From: Candidatus Eiseniibacteriota bacterium | GTDB lineage: Bacteria; Eisenbacteria; RBG-16-71-46 | Direction: 5' to 3' | Assembly (NCBI GenBank): GCA_033853925.1 | Contig: JAWOLC010000022.1 | Coordinates: forward strand, 6,512 to 70,511 | DNA: 64,000 bases | Shown: positions 29,740-41,181 of the stretch, piece after piece | How positions within the stretch are numbered: position 1 is the first letter of the stretch | Layout: every line of letters begins with the position of its first letter | Translations under genes and position numbers: made by a program | Notes under the pieces: model-generated | Told to the model about the DNA's origin: nothing | The model's database searches: none | Seen by the model: the letters and a program-made list of their open reading frames with translations, nothing else

Positions 29740-30745
29740 GCCGCTCGACCTCGAGACCACGTACGAGTTCCGCATCGCCGTGGGCGCCCGGCGGCGGCAC
29801 GAGAACCTGCGGGTCCGGCTGGAGCACGAGGGCCTCGAAGGTCTGGGCGAGGCCGCGCCGGCGCGCTACTACGGCGAGAGCCGCGCGCTGGCCGAGGCGG
29901 CGCTGGCCGCCTGGGCTCCCCATCTCGGCGAGGACCCGTTCGCGCTCGAGGCGCTGGAGACGCGTCTGGACTCGGTGCTGGCCGGGCAGTGGGCGGCGCG
30001 GGCCGCGCTGGACATGGCCCTGCACGACTGGATCGGCAGGAAGCTGGGCCTGCCGGTCTGGCGGCTCCTCGGGCTGGACGCGGCGGCGACGCCGCTCTCC
30101 TGCGTCACCCTGGGCATGGCGCCGGCCGCGGAGATGGAGGAGAAGCTCGAGGCCGTGCGCGAGTTCCCGCTCCTCAAGGTGAAGCTCGGCGGACCGGGCG
30201 ACGTCGACAATCTGCGCCGGATCCGCCGGGGCTACGCCGGTAAGCTCCAGGTGGACGCCAACACCGCCTGGAGCCCCGCGGAGGCGGTGCGCGTGCTGCG
30301 GGAGATCGAGCCGCTGGGGATCGAGCTCGTGGAGCAGCCGGTCCCGCGCGAGGACCTGGACGGGCTGCGCTGGGTGCGCGAGCGGAGCGGGATCCCGGTC
30401 TTCGCCGACGAGAGCGCGCATCGCCTGCCGGACCTCGGCAACCTGGCGGGGCGGGTGGACGGCGTGAACCTCAAGATCATGAAGACCGGCGGGCTGCGCG
30501 AGATGCTGCGCATGATCCACGCGGCGCGCGCGCTGGGCCTCCGCGTCATGCTCGGCTCGATGGTGGAGTCGAGCCTGGCCCTCTCGGCCGCGGCCCAGCT
30601 CGCCCCGCTGGCTGACTATCTCGACCTCGACGGCCACTGGCTCCTGCGGGACGACCCGTACGACGGAGCCCCGCGCGAACGGGGCGTGATCGCCCTGGGC
30701 GAGCGGCCGGGGCTCGGCGTGGCCCCGGCGGAGCGGAGACCATGA
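29723..30745 (+). CDS. Dipeptide epimerase (enolase superfamily; AEE/DgcA-like)
   Basis: KVKLG, VDAN, VEQP, ADES, NLKIMKTGG, DLDG motifs. Confidence 0.92.
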   Translation: MRLRCEPLDLETTYEFRIAVGARRRHENLRVRLEHEGLEGLGEAAPARYYGESRALAEAALAAWAPHLGEDPFALEALETRLDSVLAGQWAARAALDMALHDWIGRKLGLPVWRLLGLDAAATPLSCVTLGMAPAAEMEEKLEAVREFPLLKVKLGGPGDVDNLRRIRRGYAGKLQVDANTAWSPAEAVRVLREIEPLGIELVEQPVPREDLDGLRWVRERSGIPVFADESAHRLPDLGNLAGRVDGVNLKIMKTGGLREMLRMIHAARALGLRVMLGSMVESSLALSAAAQLAPLADYLDLDGHWLLRDDPYDGAPRERGVIALGERPGLGVAPAERRP

Positions 30746-32178
30746 GCCGCCGGCTCGCGACCTACGTCGTGGGCGTGGGCCTGGTCGCCGCCGTCCTGCT
30801 CGGCCTCAGCGTGCCGACCGAGCTGGAGAGCCTGTGGGGGCACTACCTCGCCTGGGTGGTGATCTGCGTCCTCTCCGAGATCATGTGGCTGAACACGATC
30901 TCCGGCCAGGGGACCTGGAGCCTGTCCTCGAGCGCGACCCTGGCCGGGGTGATGCTGTGGGGCCCGGCCCCCGCCACCTGGATCGCCGCCCTGAGCACCG
31001 TGCTCGCCGAGTTCACCGTGCTGCGCAAGCCCTGGACCCGCGCCTGGTTCAACGGCGCGCAGATGGCCGTGACCGTGTGGGCGGCCGGCGGCGTCTTCGC
31101 CCTGCTGGGCGGAGCGCCGGCGGGACTGCACCGGCTGGTGGTGGCCGACGTCCGTGCGGGCCAGATGCTGGCGCTGCGCCTGGTCCCGGCCACGCTCGCT
31201 CTGTTCGTCGTCTTCCTGCTCGTGAACCGGGCGCTGGTGGCGGTGGCCGTGGCCTGGTCCACGGATCGCCGGTACGGGCGGGTGCTGCGCGAGGACTGGT
31301 TCTACGCCGAGCGCCTGCTCGAGGACGGCGCGGCCTTCCTCCTCGCGCCCCTCATGGTGATCTCCTACCAGGCGATCGGGTACGCGGGCGTGGCGCTCTT
31401 CTACGCGCCGCTCTTCATGATCTACGAATCGGGGCGCCGCTTCGTGCAGCTCCGCCAGGCGCAGAACCAGATGATCCACACCGAGCGCCTGGCGGCGAAG
31501 GGCGAGATGGCCGCCGAGATCGGGCACGAGCTGCGCACCCAGCTCTCGGCCATCAGCGGCCACGCGCAGATGCTCCTCAAGGACGCCGAGCGCCGGATCT
31601 TCGAGCACGTGGAGCGCCGCGCCCGCATCATCATCGAGCAGTCGCGGCGCATGGAGGCGATGGCCAAGGGGCTGATGGACTTCTCGCGGGCCGAGCTGAA
31701 CGTCGAGCGCGTGGACCTGAACGCGCTGATCCAGCGCTCCATCGAGTTCGTGCGCACGCAGAACCGCTTCGACGGCGTGGAGTGGGACCTCCGCCTGTCC
31801 GAGCAGGTGCCGGCGCTCCACGGCGACCCCGGCCAGCTCCAGCAGGTCCTGCTGAACCTGTTCGTGAACGCCGCCGACGCCATGAAGGAGCGCCCCACGG
31901 CGCGCAAGGTGATCGGGATCACCAGCTCGGTGGACGAGCGCGGGCGCCTGACGCGCATCGTCGTCACGGACACGGGGCCGGGCATCCCGGCGCCGAACCT
32001 GACGCGCGTCTTCGAGCCCCACTTCACCACCAAGGTCGAGGGCCACGGCTTCGGGCTCTCCACGTCCTACCGCATCGTCACGAACCACGGCGGGCGCATC
32101 ACCGTCGAGAGCCCGCCCGGCCAGGGCGCCTGCTTCACGATCACGATCCCCGTGAACGGGCCGGGAGGCTGGGGCTGA
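30742..32178 (+). CDS. Membrane-bound sensor histidine kinase
   Basis: Multi-TM N-terminus, H-box EIGHELRT, N-box NLFVNAADA, DTGPGI and GHGFGLS. Confidence 0.93.
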   Translation: MSRRLATYVVGVGLVAAVLLGLSVPTELESLWGHYLAWVVICVLSEIMWLNTISGQGTWSLSSSATLAGVMLWGPAPATWIAALSTVLAEFTVLRKPWTRAWFNGAQMAVTVWAAGGVFALLGGAPAGLHRLVVADVRAGQMLALRLVPATLALFVVFLLVNRALVAVAVAWSTDRRYGRVLREDWFYAERLLEDGAAFLLAPLMVISYQAIGYAGVALFYAPLFMIYESGRRFVQLRQAQNQMIHTERLAAKGEMAAEIGHELRTQLSAISGHAQMLLKDAERRIFEHVERRARIIIEQSRRMEAMAKGLMDFSRAELNVERVDLNALIQRSIEFVRTQNRFDGVEWDLRLSEQVPALHGDPGQLQQVLLNLFVNAADAMKERPTARKVIGITSSVDERGRLTRIVVTDTGPGIPAPNLTRVFEPHFTTKVEGHGFGLSTSYRIVTNHGGRITVESPPGQGACFTITIPVNGPGGWG

Positions 32179-33173
32179 TCCCGACCTTGCGCTGGGCGGC
32201 GGTCGCGCGGGTGGACTTCGGCGGCTGCGTGCTGCTCACGGCGGAGGGCGAGCTGCTCCCGGCCACGGTGCGAGGCCGCCTGATGGGGCCGCGCAAGGCG
32301 CTGGGCAACGCCGTGGTGGTGGGGGATCAGGTGGGGCTGCGCCGCGAGGCGGCGCGGGCCGTCGTGGACGAGGTCCAGCTGCGCCGCGAGGCGGCGCGGG
32401 CCGTCGTGGACGAGGTCCAGCCGCGCCGCAACGCCTTCTCGCGGCGGGCGGCGGGGGAGCCGCCCCAGGAGCAGGTGGTGGCCGCGAACCTGGACCAGGT
32501 CGTGCTCGTGACCTCGCTCGCCCAGCCCGACTTCAGCGCCGGACTCGCCGATCGCGTGCTCGCCCAGGCCGAGCACGCCGGCATCCCCGCGCGGCTCGTC
32601 CTGAACAAGACCGACCTGGGCGATCCGCCCGCGGCGCGCGCGCTGCTCACCGAATACGAGCGCGCGGACGTGCCCTGCCACGCGATCTCGGCCACGCGCG
32701 GCAGCGGGCTCGAGGTGCTGCGCCACGCCCTCCTCGGCCGCCGCTCGCTGTTCGTGGGCCACTCGGGCGTGGGGAAGAGCACGCTGCTCAACGCCCTGGT
32801 GCCGGGCCTCGAGCTGCTCGAGGGGGCGGTCAACGAGAAGACCGGGCGCGGTCGCCACACCACCACGGCGGCCATCCTGGTGCGCCCCGAGCCCGGCTTC
32901 GAGCTGATCGACACGCCGGGCGTGCGCGGCTTCGGGCTGTGGGGTGTGGGCTCGCGCGATCTCGAGCAGGCCTACACGGAGTTCCGGCGCTATCTCGGGC
33001 TCTGCCGCTTCAGCGACTGCCGGCACGATACCGAGCCGGGCTGCGCCCTGCACGCGGCCCTGGAGGTGGGCGAGATCTCGCGCCTGCGCTTCGAGTCGTT
33101 CCTCAAGCTGAGAGCGGAGCTGGAAGAGGAGGAGGGCCCGGCCGAGTCCCGGACCCGCCGGACGAAGGCCTAG
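32175..33173 (+). CDS. rsgA: Ribosome small subunit-dependent GTPase A
   Basis: VVGD, ANLDQ, NKTD, GHSGVGKSTLLN, GRHTTT, DTPG, CRFSDCRHDTEPGC; start is probably CTG 32175 (GGAGG 6 nt upstream) or TTG 32187. Confidence 0.93.
   Translation: MIPTLRWAAVARVDFGGCVLLTAEGELLPATVRGRLMGPRKALGNAVVVGDQVGLRREAARAVVDEVQLRREAARAVVDEVQPRRNAFSRRAAGEPPQEQVVAANLDQVVLVTSLAQPDFSAGLADRVLAQAEHAGIPARLVLNKTDLGDPPAARALLTEYERADVPCHAISATRGSGLEVLRHALLGRRSLFVGHSGVGKSTLLNALVPGLELLEGAVNEKTGRGRHTTTAAILVRPEPGFELIDTPGVRGFGLWGVGSRDLEQAYTEFRRYLGLCRFSDCRHDTEPGCALHAALEVGEISRLRFESFLKLRAELEEEEGPAESRTRRTKA
32337..32420 (+). repeat. Perfect 42-bp tandem duplication within rsgA
   Basis: CTGCGCCGCGAGGCGGCGCGGGCCGTCGTGGACGAGGTCCAG x2 (32337-32378, 32379-32420), encoding LRREAARAVVDEVQ twice. 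Confidence 0.97.
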
Positions 33174-33364
33174 CCGGGACTACTCTTCCTCCGTCGCGGA
33201 GGGGCCAGAGGGCCCTTGCCGCAGGGGGTTCATGAATCGTCCCGCTGGCTCGGGCGTCTGCGCGCCGGCGCCCCCCGGCGAGCGGCCGGACGACGGCGCG
33301 AGGCCGTGTCGGCCGGCCGCGTCGCTTGACGCCACGAGACAAAGCGCGCTTGATAGGCGCGCTC

Positions 33365-34585
33365 ATGGGCTCCTCGGCGTTCAATCCGAACCTCGCGGCC
33401 CTCGACTGCCCGGCCTGCGGGGGCTCCTGCGACCTCGCCACGCCCCGCTCCGTGTGTCCCGCCTGCGGGCAGCCGCTGGTCGCGCGTTACGACCTGGCGC
33501 GCATCCGCGCCGAGACGCCGCGCGATTCGCTCTCCCGCCACGGCAGCGATCTCTGGCGCTACCGGGCCGTGCTCCCCTTCGCCGCCGAGTTCCGCGCCGT
33601 GCGTCTGGGAGAGGGCGGCACGCCGCTCCTGCCGCTGCCCCGGCTCGCGCGCGACCTCGGGCTCGGCGAGCTGTGGCTGAAGGAGGAGTCGCCGAACCCC
33701 ACGCAGTCGTTCAAGGCCCGCGGCCTCGCCCTGGCGGTGAACGGGGCGGTGGCCTTCGGCAAGCGAGCGATCGCGCTCCCCTCGGCGGGAAACGCGGGCA
33801 GCGCCGCCGCCGCCTACGCGGCGGCGGCAGGCCTCCGCTGTCGCATCGCCGTGCCCGAGGACACGCCGGAGGCCTTCGTGCTCGAGCAGCGCGCCTTCGG
33901 CGCCGAGGTGCGCCTGGTTCCCGGCACGATCTCCGACGCCGGCAAGACGCTGGCCGCGTGGGCGCCGGGGCCCGAGTGGTGGAACGTGGCCACCTTCAAG
34001 GAGCCGTTCCGCCTCGAGGGGAAGAAGACGCTCGGCTACGAGATCGCCGAGCAATCGGGCTGGCGGCTGCCGGAAGTCATCCTCTATCCTACCGGCGGCG
34101 GCACGGGGCTCGTGGGCATGTGGCGGGCGTTTCTCGAGCTGAAGGAGCTGGGCTGGGCCTCCGGCCCGCTGCCCCGTCTCGTGGCCGTGCAGACGCGCGG
34201 CTGCGCTCCCGTGGTGCGCGCCTACGCGGACGGAGCGGCGACGGCCACGCCGTGGCAGGACGCCCGCACGCTGGCCAGCGGGCTGCGCGTGCCCGCGCCC
34301 TTCGCGGACCGCCTCATCCTCCGCGCGCTGCGCGAGAGCGGCGGCACGGCGGTCGCGGTGGCGGAGGAGGAGATGCTGGACGGCATGCTCGAGCTGGCGG
34401 CGAGCGAGGGCTGCTTCGCCTGCCCGGAGGGCGGCGCCACGGTGGCGGCGCTCCGCCAGCTCCGGCGCAGCGGCGAGATCGGGGCGGCCGACCGGGTCGT
34501 GATCTACGACACGGGCAGCGGCCTCAAGTACCCCGAGGCCTGGCGCGCGGCCCTGGCCCGGCGGGGAGCGGAGGAGCGGGCGTGA
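33365..34585 (+). CDS. thrC: Threonine synthase (PLP fold II)
   Basis: N-terminal CxxC...CxxC, LGEGGTPL, NPTQSFKARG (PLP Lys), SAGNAG, EGKKTLGYE, PTGGGTG, TGSGLKY. Confidence 0.88.
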   Translation: MGSSAFNPNLAALDCPACGGSCDLATPRSVCPACGQPLVARYDLARIRAETPRDSLSRHGSDLWRYRAVLPFAAEFRAVRLGEGGTPLLPLPRLARDLGLGELWLKEESPNPTQSFKARGLALAVNGAVAFGKRAIALPSAGNAGSAAAAYAAAAGLRCRIAVPEDTPEAFVLEQRAFGAEVRLVPGTISDAGKTLAAWAPGPEWWNVATFKEPFRLEGKKTLGYEIAEQSGWRLPEVILYPTGGGTGLVGMWRAFLELKELGWASGPLPRLVAVQTRGCAPVVRAYADGAATATPWQDARTLASGLRVPAPFADRLILRALRESGGTAVAVAEEEMLDGMLELAASEGCFACPEGGATVAALRQLRRSGEIGAADRVVIYDTGSGLKYPEAWRAALARRGAEERA

Positions 34586-36066
34586 AGCGCGTCCTCGTGG
34601 CCTCGCCTCGCCGCTCCCTGCCCCCGCGGCGGCCATGCCGGCCCGCGCGGCGTGCGTTCCCGCCGCTGGTCCTCTGGCCGCTGGGAGGGTTGCTCGTGCT
34701 CGGCGTGGCCGCCGCGCTCCTCGCCCTCGCGCCGCGCGCGCGCGCGGGGCCGGCGCTGCCGCCCAAGCCGGCCCTGCCCGCGAGCCCGTTCGCCAAGGCG
34801 CGCGGACGCCTGGACGAGGCGCGCCGGCGAGTGGCGCCCCAGGCGACGCCCCAGCAGGGCCGCGTGCTCGTCATGCGCATCGACGGGCCCATCTCGCCGC
34901 TCACCGCCGAGGCGCTCTCGGGGGCCGTGGACCGCGCCGAGAACGAGGCCTACAAGGCGCTCGTGATCGAGATCGACACGCCGGGCGGCCTCGAGACCAG
35001 CATGCGCGACATGGTGAAGCGGATGCTGGCCTCGCGCGTGCCCATCCTGACCTACGTCTCGCCGTCGGGCGCGCGCGCGGCCTCGGCCGGGGTCTTCATC
35101 GTCATGGCCGGCGACGTGGCCGCGATGGCGCCCGGCACCAACATCGGCGCGGCCACGCCCGTGAACCTGCAGGGCGGCATGGATTCGACCCTGGCGCGCA
35201 AGGCCACGAACGACGCCGCCGCCTTCGCGCGGACGGTGGCGCAGCAGCGCGGCCGCAACGTGCAGTGGGCCGAGGACGCGGTGCGCAAGGCGGTGGCGGC
35301 GAGTGAGACCGAGGCCGTGGACCTGGGCGTGGTGGACCTCGTGGCCAACTCCCTCGACGACCTGTTCGAGCAGACGGACGGCATGGTGATCTCGCGCCAG
35401 GGGGTGGAGGCGACGCTCGCGCTCTCCGGCCTGCCGCGCGACACGATCAAGCCCACGCTCAGGCAGAAGCTCCTCGGCGTGCTCGTGGACCCGAACGTGG
35501 CCTACATCCTCATGCTCCTCGGCTTCTACGGCCTGCTCTTCGAGCTGCAGAATCCCGGCGCGATCCTCCCGGGCGTGGTGGGCGGGATCTGCCTGATCCT
35601 CGCCTTCCTGGCGCTCTCGACCCTGCCCGTGAACTACGCGGGCGTGGCCCTCATCCTGCTCGCCATCGCCTTCTTCGTCGCCGAGGTCAAGGTGGCGAGC
35701 CACGGCTTGCTCGCCACCGGGGGCGTTCTCTCCCTCGTCCTGGGCTCGGTGATCCTCTTCCAGGGCCAGGGCGCGCGGCTCTCCTGGTCCATCATCCTGG
35801 GCGCCACCGGGGCCACGACGGTCTTCTTCCTCTTCATCGTGGGCAAGGGTCTCCGGGCGCAGGCTCTCAAGGTGACGACGGGCCGCAAGGGGCTCCTGGG
35901 CACCCGGGCGATCGCGGTCGAGCGCCTCGCGCCGACCGGGCAGGTGCGCATCGGCGGCGAGCTGTGGAACGCGGTGAGCGATTCGGAGGTGGAAGCGGGT
36001 TCGGAAGTGGTCATCACGGGCGTGGCGGGGCTCACCCTCCGCGTGCGCTCCGCCAAGGAGGCCTGA
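34582..36066 (+). CDS. nfeD: NfeD family ClpP-class membrane serine protease
   Basis: [27 protein letters not shown] block, C-terminal GELWNA OB-fold; start uncertain. Confidence 0.92.
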   Translation: MKRVLVASPRRSLPPRRPCRPARRAFPPLVLWPLGGLLVLGVAAALLALAPRARAGPALPPKPALPASPFAKARGRLDEARRRVAPQATPQQGRVLVMRIDGPISPLTAEALSGAVDRAENEAYKALVIEIDTPGGLETSMRDMVKRMLASRVPILTYVSPSGARAASAGVFIVMAGDVAAMAPGTNIGAATPVNLQGGMDSTLARKATNDAAAFARTVAQQRGRNVQWAEDAVRKAVAASETEAVDLGVVDLVANSLDDLFEQTDGMVISRQGVEATLALSGLPRDTIKPTLRQKLLGVLVDPNVAYILMLLGFYGLLFELQNPGAILPGVVGGICLILAFLALSTLPVNYAGVALILLAIAFFVAEVKVASHGLLATGGVLSLVLGSVILFQGQGARLSWSIILGATGATTVFFLFIVGKGLRAQALKVTTGRKGLLGTRAIAVERLAPTGQVRIGGELWNAVSDSEVEAGSEVVITGVAGLTLRVRSAKEA

Positions 36067-36068
36067 TC

Positions 36069-36830
36069 ATGGTTCTCGCGCCCTTCCTGCTGTTCCTCGT
36101 GCTGCTGGCGATCGTCATCCTGGCGAACGCCATCCGCGTCGTCCGTGAGTACGACCGGCTCGTGGTGTTCCGCCTGGGCCGCCTGCTGGGCGAGCGCGGC
36201 CCGGGCCTGGTGCTGCTCATCCCCATCATCGACAAGCCCGTGCGCGTGGGATTGCGCATCGTCACCCTCGACGTGCCGCCGCAGGACGTGATCACGAAGG
36301 ACAACGTCACGGTGAAGGTGAACGCGGTGGTCTACTTCCGCGTGATCAGCGTGCAGGAGGCGGTCGTGCAGGTGGAGAACTACCTCTACGCCACCTCGCA
36401 GATCGCCCAGACCACGCTGCGCTCGATCCTGGGGCAGGCCGAGCTGGACGAGCTGCTCTCGGAGCGCGAGAAGCTGAATCAGGCGCTGCAGCAGGTCATC
36501 GACCGCGAGACCGAGCCGTGGGGCGTCAAGGTCATCAAGGTCGAGGTGAAGAACGTGGACCTGCCGCAGGAGATGCAGCGGGCCATCGCGCGGCAGGCGG
36601 AAGCGGAGCGCGAGCGGCGGGCCAAGGTCATCAACGCCGAGGGCGAGTACCAGGCGGCGGCGAGGCTGGCCGAGGCGGCGGCCGTGATCGCGCGCGAGCC
36701 GACCGCGCTGCAGCTCCGCTACCTGCAGACGCTGGCGGAGATCGCGACCGAGAACAACTCCACCACGATCTTCCCCGTGCCGGTGGACTTCCTCAAGGTC
36801 TTCATGGACGCGATGGCGAAGAAGTCGTAG
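36069..36830 (+). CDS. Slipin / SPFH (stomatin-like) protein
   Basis: [44 protein letters not shown]; canonical partner of nfeD. Confidence 0.96.
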   Translation: MVLAPFLLFLVLLAIVILANAIRVVREYDRLVVFRLGRLLGERGPGLVLLIPIIDKPVRVGLRIVTLDVPPQDVITKDNVTVKVNAVVYFRVISVQEAVVQVENYLYATSQIAQTTLRSILGQAELDELLSEREKLNQALQQVIDRETEPWGVKVIKVEVKNVDLPQEMQRAIARQAEAERERRAKVINAEGEYQAAARLAEAAAVIAREPTALQLRYLQTLAEIATENNSTTIFPVPVDFLKVFMDAMAKKS

Positions 36831-36903
36831 CCGGAGTCGAGGCCGCTCGCTGTTGACCTCCTCCCGGGGCCGGGTCACCGGCCCCGGAGTCGTGCCTGGC
36901 CCC

Positions 36904-37807
36904 ATGCGCATTCTCGTCACCGGCCCGCGCGGCCTGATCGGCTCGGCGCTGCTGCCCGCCCTGCGGGCGCGCGGGCACACGGTGCTGGGCCTCAGCCGGC
37001 GCGCCGCGGGGGCCGAGGAGATCGGCTGGGACCCGGGGCGCGGGGTGCTGGAGGCGCGGGCGCTCGAGGGCTTCGCCGCGGTCGTGCACCTGGCGGGGGA
37101 GCCGCTCGGCGTGCGCTGGACGCCGCTGACCAAGGCGCAGATCCGCGCCAGCCGCGTCGAAGGGACCCGGTTGCTGGCGGAGCGCCTGGCGTCCCGCACG
37201 AGCCGGCCGGGCGTGCTCGTCTCGGTCTCGGCCATCGGCTGGTACGGCGATCGCCGCGACGAGAGGCTGGACGAGCGGAGCCGGCCGGGCACCGGGTTCC
37301 TCGCCGAGCTTTGCCGCGCCTGGGAGGAAGCCGCGGCGCCCGCCGGCTCCGCGGGCATCCGTGTCGTCCACCCGCGGCTGGGGCTGGTGCTCTCGCCCGG
37401 CGGCGGCTCGCTCGCGCGCTTGCTGCCGATCTTCCGCCTCGGGCTGGGCGGCCCCCTGGGGAACGGGTGGGCCTGGTGGAGCTGGGTGGCGATCGACGAC
37501 GTGATCGCGGCGCTCGAGCGTCTGCTCGCGGACGAGAGCCTGGCGGGCCCGGTGAACGTCACCGCGCCGGGGGCGGTGCGGAATCGGGTCTTCGCGCGCG
37601 CGCTCGGCCGCGCCCTGGACCGTCCGGCCTGGCTCCCGGCGCCGGCCTTCGCCCTGCGGGCGCTGTTCGGCGAGATGGCCGACGGCGCGCTGCTCGCCAG
37701 CCTGCGGGTGGAGCCCGCGCGCCTGCTGGCGGCCGGCCACTCCTTCCGCTTCCCCGAACTCGAGTCCGCCCTGCGGCACCTGCTCGGCGCCTCCGCGGTG
37801 GGGCTCC

Positions 37808-37818
<11 letters not shown>
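36904..37818 (+). CDS. TIGR01777 family NAD-dependent epimerase/oxidoreductase
   Basis: VHLAGE, SRVEGT, SAIGWYG, FLAELCRAWE, GPVNVTAP, GEMA. Confidence 0.93.
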
Positions 37819-38514
<696 letters not shown>

Positions 38515-38518
<4 letters not shown>

Positions 38519-41181
38519 GCTTCCTCCTGCGCTGGGTGAGCCTGCGCCACCTGCTGCGGGAGTGGCCGCGCGCCCTGCTCACGATCGGCGGCGTGACCCT
38601 GGGCGTGGCGGTGTTCGTGAGCGTCCGCCTCGCCAACCACTCCGCCCTGGCTTCGTTCTCCCAGACCGTGGACGCGGTGACCGGGAAGGCCAACCTGGAG
38701 ATCAGCGGCGACGCCGCGGGCTTCGACGAGCGCCTCTTCCTGGTGGCCCGCGCCACGCCGGGCGTGCGCGCGGCGGCCCCGCTCGTCGAGGTCTACGCCC
38801 TCGCCAAGGCCGGTCCGCCGGCCGACCGCGCCGTCTTCGCCGGCGCCCTGGGGACGCGCGCCCGCGGTCCCTACCGCGAGACGGTCCTGGTGCTGGGCAT
38901 CGACGTCTTCTCCGAGGGCCCCTTCGCGCTCTATCCCGCCGAAGGGGCGTCGGCCGCGGGGCCCGGCGGGTCGGCGGGCCACGCGGCCCGAGCCCGCGAG
39001 GGCGCGCTCGCCCTGCTGGAGCGTCCCTTCGGGGCCGCGGTCACCGCCTCGTTCGCGCGCGGCCACGGGCTACGGCTCGGGGACAGCCTGACGGTTCTGG
39101 CCTCCGGCCGGCCCGTGTCGCTCACGGTCCGCTGGAGCATCGCCTCGCCCGAGCTGGAGCAGGCCTTCGCCGGCAACGTGGTCCTCGTGGACATCGCCAC
39201 CGCCCAGGACGTGTTCGGGCGCGAAGGGCAGCTGGATCGCGTGGACCTCATCGTGGACCCCGCGCGACGCGAGGAGGTGGTCGCCGCGCTGACGCGCCGC
39301 CTGCCCCCGGGCCTCGAGGTCGGGCCCACCGCCACGCGCACGGCGCAGGTCGAGTCCATGGTCAGGGCCTTCGCCCTGAACCTCACCGCGCTCTCCTTCA
39401 TCGCCCTCTTCGTCGCCAGCTTCCTCATCTTCAACGCCGTCTCGATGGCCGTCCTGCGGCGGCGCGGCGAGATCGGGCTGCTGCGCGCCCTGGGGGTGAC
39501 GCGCGCGCAGGCCGGCGGGCTGCTGCTGGGCGAGGGGCTGATCTACGGGCTCGCGGGCGGCCTCCTCGGGCTCGCGGCCGGGGCGGCGCTCGCCCGTCTC
39601 GCGCTGGGCGCGGTGGCCCGGACGCTGACGGACCTCTACCTCGTGCACGCCGCCACCCGCCTGCACCCGGATCCGACCGGCGCCCTGGCCGGCGTCGGGC
39701 TGGCGCTGGTGACGGCCGCGCTCTCGGCCCTGGCCCCGGCGCTCGAGGCCGCGCGCACTCCGCCCGCTCTCACGCTGCGCCAGGGATCGCTCGTGGAGGC
39801 CCAGCATCCGCCGCGGGCGGGACTCGCCCTCGGCGGACTGGGCGCGCTCGTCCTGGCGGCCGTGGCCGCGCTCTGGACGGTGCGGGCGCGCCACCCGGAG
39901 GGCGGCTTCGCCAGCGCCGCTCTGCTCCTCCTCGCCTTCTCGCTCGCGGCTCCGGCCGTGGTCGTGGCCGTCGGGCGTTCCGCCGATCCGCTGCTCCGGC
40001 GTCTGGGAGGCGTCGCGGCGTCGCTCGGCGCCCGCGATCTGCGCGAGGCGGCGGCCCGCACCGGCGCGATCGTCTCGGCGCTGATGGTGGCGGTGGGCAT
40101 GATGGTGGCGCTCTCCATCATGGTCGGGAGCTTCCGCCGCACGGTGGAGGTGTGGGTGCGGCAGACGCTCCGCGGCGACCTCTACGTGGACCCGGTGGGG
40201 CACCGCATGGCCGCAGCCGCGACGGCCCTGCCGGCGAGCTTCGTCGCGGCGGTCCGCGCCCTGCCCGGGGTCGAGGCCGTGGACGGCTTTCGCGGCACGC
40301 GCGTGACGCTGGCGCGCCCCGGCGCGCCGGCCGGCGTGGTCTTCGTGGGCGGGGTGGACCTGGGCGTGGAGGCCAGGTACGGGCACCTGCAATTCCTGCG
40401 CGGCTCCTCGGCGCGCATCCTCGAGCGGGCGCGGGCCGCGGGGGCCGTGCTCGTGACCGAGAGCTTCGCGCACCACCAGCGCGTCTCCGTGGGCGACACG
40501 ATCCGGCTGGCCACGCCGGCGGGGGAGGCGCGGCTGGCGATCGCCGGGGTCTTCTACGACTACACCACGGACGCCGGGGCGATCCTCATGGACGAGAGCC
40601 TCTACGCACGCCTCTGGCGCGAGCGGCGCACCGAGAGCCTGGCCCTCTACCTGCGACCCGGAGCGAACGTGGACTCCGTGCGGGCGCGCGTCCTCGAGGC
40701 GGCGGGCGGCCACCTGGTCCTGAGCGTGATGCCCAACCGTCTGCTGCGCCAGCGGGTGCTCACCGTCTTCGATCAGACCTTCCAGATCACCTGGGCGCTG
40801 CAGGCGATCGCCGTGCTCGTGGCGGTGCTCGGGGTGGTGGGCGCGCTCACCGCCCTGATCGTGCAACGCGGCCGCGACATCGGCATCCTGCGGGCCGCGG
40901 GCGCCCTGCGCAGCCAGGTGCGGAGCATGGTGCTCGTGGAGAGCGGGCTGCTGGGGTTGTGTGGGGCGCTCCTCGGCAGCGTGGCCGGGCTCGCGCTCGC
41001 GCTCGTCCTCGTGTTCGTGATCAACAAGGAGTTCTTCGGCTGGACGATCCGCCTCGCGGTGGATCCCTGGATCTTCGCCCGCGCCCTGGCCCTGATCCTG
41101 GCTGCCTCCCTGCTGGGCGCCCTGGGCCCGGCGCAGTTCGCGGCCACGCGCGTGGCGAGCGAAGCCATGAGGACGGAGTGA
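38515..41181 (+). CDS. FtsX-like ABC permease (duplicated, AttF/G-like)
   Basis: Two MacB/FtsX repeats (AFALNLTALS...RRGEIGLLRALG; FDQTFQITWAL...INKEFFGWT). Confidence 0.92.

Noticed and set aside
33174-33364. Riboswitch or leader peptide upstream of thrC
   Set aside because: No T-box, SAM or Thr-rich leader features recognisable
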